The translations under genes were made by a program, and so were the position numbers. A stretch of 64,000 nucleotides of DNA from Malacoraja senta. Lineage: Eukaryota. Below, one piece after another: positions 61,246-64,000 of the stretch. How positions within the stretch are numbered: position 1 is the stretch's first letter; each line of letters opens with the position of its first letter. The notes beneath the pieces are model-generated. The model did no database searches, had not been told where the DNA came from, and saw only the letters and a program-made list of their open reading frames with translations. The stretch is from the NCBI GenBank assembly GCA_038087875.1, contig CM075990.1, positions 3,226,001-3,290,000 of the forward strand. Direction: 5' to 3'.

Positions 61246-61446
61246 AGGGCCTGTGCCACGTGGGCGTCATTTGCGCGGCATTTACGCGACATCATTTACG
61301 TGTCATGACGCACAATACGCGCATGGTACGTGGTGACGTAGGCAGTGACGCGCGGTCGCGCACGGCGTCCCAGGATTTTGGGATGTACAAAATCTTTGCG
61401 CGCCATCTACGTGACGCGCAAATGACGCCCAAGTGGGACAGGCCCT
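61246..61446. mobile_element. PIF/Harbinger-like MITE subtype 1
   Basis: AGGGCCTGTGCCAC / GTGGGACAGGCCCT; TAA TSD; reverse orientation of 15294-15497. Confidence 0.88.
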
Positions 61447-61842
61447 TAAATCTTTTCCCCTCCTCACTTTAAACCCATGCCCTCTGGTACTTGATTCCCC
61501 TACTCTGGTTAAGGTCTTTGAAGTAAAGCACAGTACAGCTACTATGGTGGATCGAGATGTTGCAGAGAATGGGGGGATAACATGGACACCAGGTCTAAGA
61601 TCCCTCATCCTGCAGAACAGGGACATTTTCTTACAAGAGGCATACAGGTAAGTAACAATGGCACCCATGCACCTTGTTCCCTGGCCTAGACACAAAATGC
61701 TGGAGTAACTCAGTGGGACAGGCAGCATCTCTGGAGAGAAGGAATAGATGACGTTTCGGTCGAGACCCTTCTTCAGACTGAGAATCAGGGGGAAGGGAAG
61801 CGAGAGAAATAAACGGTGATGTGGAGAGATATAGAACACTCT

Positions 61843-62135
61843 ATGGTAGAGTTGCTGCCTTACAGCGAATGTAGCGCCATAGACCCGGGTTTGATCCCGA
61901 CTACGGGCGCAGTCTGTACGGAGTATGTACGTCCTCCCCGTGACCTGCGTGGGTTTTCTCAGAGATCTTCGGTTTCCAAAGACGTACAGGTTTGTAGTTT
62001 AATTGGCTTGGTAAATGTGAAAATTGTCCCTGGTGTGTGTAGGACAGTGTTAATGTGCGGGGATCGCTGGTCGGCGCGGACCCGGTGGGCTGAAGGGCCC
62101 AGTTTCCGTGCTGTATCTCTAAACTAAACTAAATT
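61843..62135 (+). mobile_element. HE1-like V-SINE
   Basis: Head (5'-clipped), V-domain, tail. Confidence 0.85.
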
Positions 62136-63208
62136 AAATGAATGAAAGATAAGCACAAATAGTAACGATGGTAAAGGAAACAGGCCCTTGTTAGATGTGT
62201 GTCTATCTTCAGTTTCAACCAGCATCTGCAGTTCCTTCCTGCACACTTGTCCCCAGGCATGTCAGGTAGCACCTTCACCTAGAACATAGGACATTACAGC
62301 AAAAGAACAGGCCGTTCGGCCCACAATGTCCATGCCGTACTCTATGCCAATATCATCTTGTATCTACCTTCGCATAACCTCCATTCCCTGCATATCCATG
62401 TGCCTATCCAAAAGTCACCTCAATGCCACAATCGTATCTTCCTCAACCCCCACGCAGGTCTCCCCGTGACCCGCGTGGGTTTTCTCCGAGATCTTCGGTT
62501 TCCTCCCACACTCCAAAGACGTACAGATATGTAGTTGCATTGGCTTGTGGTAAATGTAAAAATTGTCCCTAGTGTGCGTGTAGGATAGTGTTAATATGCA
62601 GGGATCGCTGGTCGGCGCGGACCTGGTGGGCTGAAGGGCCTGTTTCCGCGCTGTGTCTCTAAGCTCAACTAAACTAAAATACGGCAGGATATAGATCAGG
62701 CACACATACAATCGGCAAAATTGCAGATGGTGCTGTATTTTGCAAGGTCAAGTGTAAGTGGAGAGTATACAGTGAATGGGCCGAAGAGCCTGTTCTCGCT
62801 CTGTATCTCTAAAGTAAACTAAACCTGTCTGTAATGGGGCAACCAGAAATGCCACCATCGTATCTGCCTCAACCACCACCATTGGGACAGGTGCATAGCC
62901 AGGACCAGTTTTGAGGGATATGGGTCAAATGCAGGTGGGACTGGTGGAGATGGGATATGTTGGCCAATGTGGGCAAGTTGGGCCAAAGGGCCTATTTCTA
63001 CACTCTATGACTCTAATCTCCACACAACTCACCTTGATCTACACTGGCACCTGCTTCCACGTATTGTCTTTCCGCTGACTGGAGAGCACGCAACAAAATC
63101 TATTCACTGTACCTCGGTACACGTGACAATAAACTAAACTGAACTGAACAACGTCACACTCTGTAGTGCTAACCAGTCAGCGGAAAGACAATAATATACG
63201 ATACACGA

Positions 63209-64000
63209 AAGGGAGGAGGCGCTGTCCAGAACGGCTGCCTGTCCTGCAGCTGTCCGTTTTTTTTCCCTTCTTTTTTTATTATTCTTAGTACGTTGAGTGT
63301 GCAGTCAGGGGGCCTAATCTTTTTATGTGTGGGGGGTGGTGGGGGGGAAGGGGGAAACTGCTTTTCGAGTCCCTACCTGGTCGGAGGGGTTGCCTTCCTC
63401 CGAGCAGCGCCTTCGACCTGTCCTTGCAGCCTACCAGCGGGTCCTGGAGCAACGTTTCCCTGAGGGGACCTGGCCAGAACATCGGCTTTGGCGGCGGCAC
63501 AGAACATCGGCTTTGGCGGCGGTGCAGCGCTGGAGCGCTGTCGTGGAGCGGGCGATGCCTTTCCTGGGTCGCCGCGCTGGAACTCCAGTATACTGGGACC
63601 GCCGATGGGAACATCGTGGAGACGCGGTTCTGTGGAGCGGCCCAGCTGCGACGCTGAACGTTACATCCCGGAGCCTGGGATCTCTCGCTGAGATCGCCAG
63701 TGTGTGGAGCTCCGTCCGGCGCGGTCTGTTGGCTTGGAAGCCGCGGTCTCCAGTGGGAAGGTGGTCGTTCCTGGCACCCCAAGCCGCTGGGGGTTCTCCC
63801 GATGCCGGAGCACCATCACCCGGCGAGAACATCGGGCGCCGTGGCGGCGACTGTGGAGGCCTCAATAGGCCCGACTCTGGGTGGACAAGAGGATGGGGAC
63901 TGGACTTTGTGCCTTCCCCCACAGTGGGAACCACTGTGGGGGGATGTTTTTGTGTTTTGGTGTTGAACTTCTTTTTAATACTATGTTGTATTTTATTAGT
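63209..64000 (+). mobile_element. GC-rich non-autonomous retroelement (runs off the window end)
   Basis: Homologous to 51152-51840 (GAACGGCTGC...GCAGCTGTC; GGACTGGAC..TGTGCCTTCCCCCACAGTGG). Confidence 0.75.

Overview
Eukaryotic, extremely repeat-dense DNA. The repeat repertoire points to a cartilaginous fish, probably a skate or ray; this is inferred from HE1/V-SINE-type tRNA SINEs, CR1/HER1-type LINEs, Rex1/Babar, Tx1, Penelope/Poseidon and Deu-domain SINE relics. I recognise no complete host gene, and the window looks intronic or intergenic. The only long ORF (12925-15024, minus) is a 5'-truncated CR1 reverse transcriptase fused by chance to a SINE. Most of the window is nested retroelements plus PIF/Harbinger-like MITEs, a Tc1 relic, microsatellites and a 44-bp minisatellite. 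About ten repeat-free islands may be conserved non-coding elements, and one holds a good candidate 77-nt exon (11802-11878). The most interesting signal is a Penelope-derived system. Roughly 30 short repeats carry an intact or decayed minimal hammerhead-ribozyme core (CUGAAGA-A-helix II-GAAAC-GUC/GUU). They occur as (i) sharply bounded 92-96-nt mini-elements with target-site duplications (TSDs) that start at the ribozyme, (ii) fold-back palindromes centred on the ribozyme, and (iii) one TSD-bounded insertion that has captured an inverted copy of neighbouring DNA at the fold-back point. Family names come from my recognition of sequence motifs, not from database searches. Coordinates of degenerate repeats are approximate.
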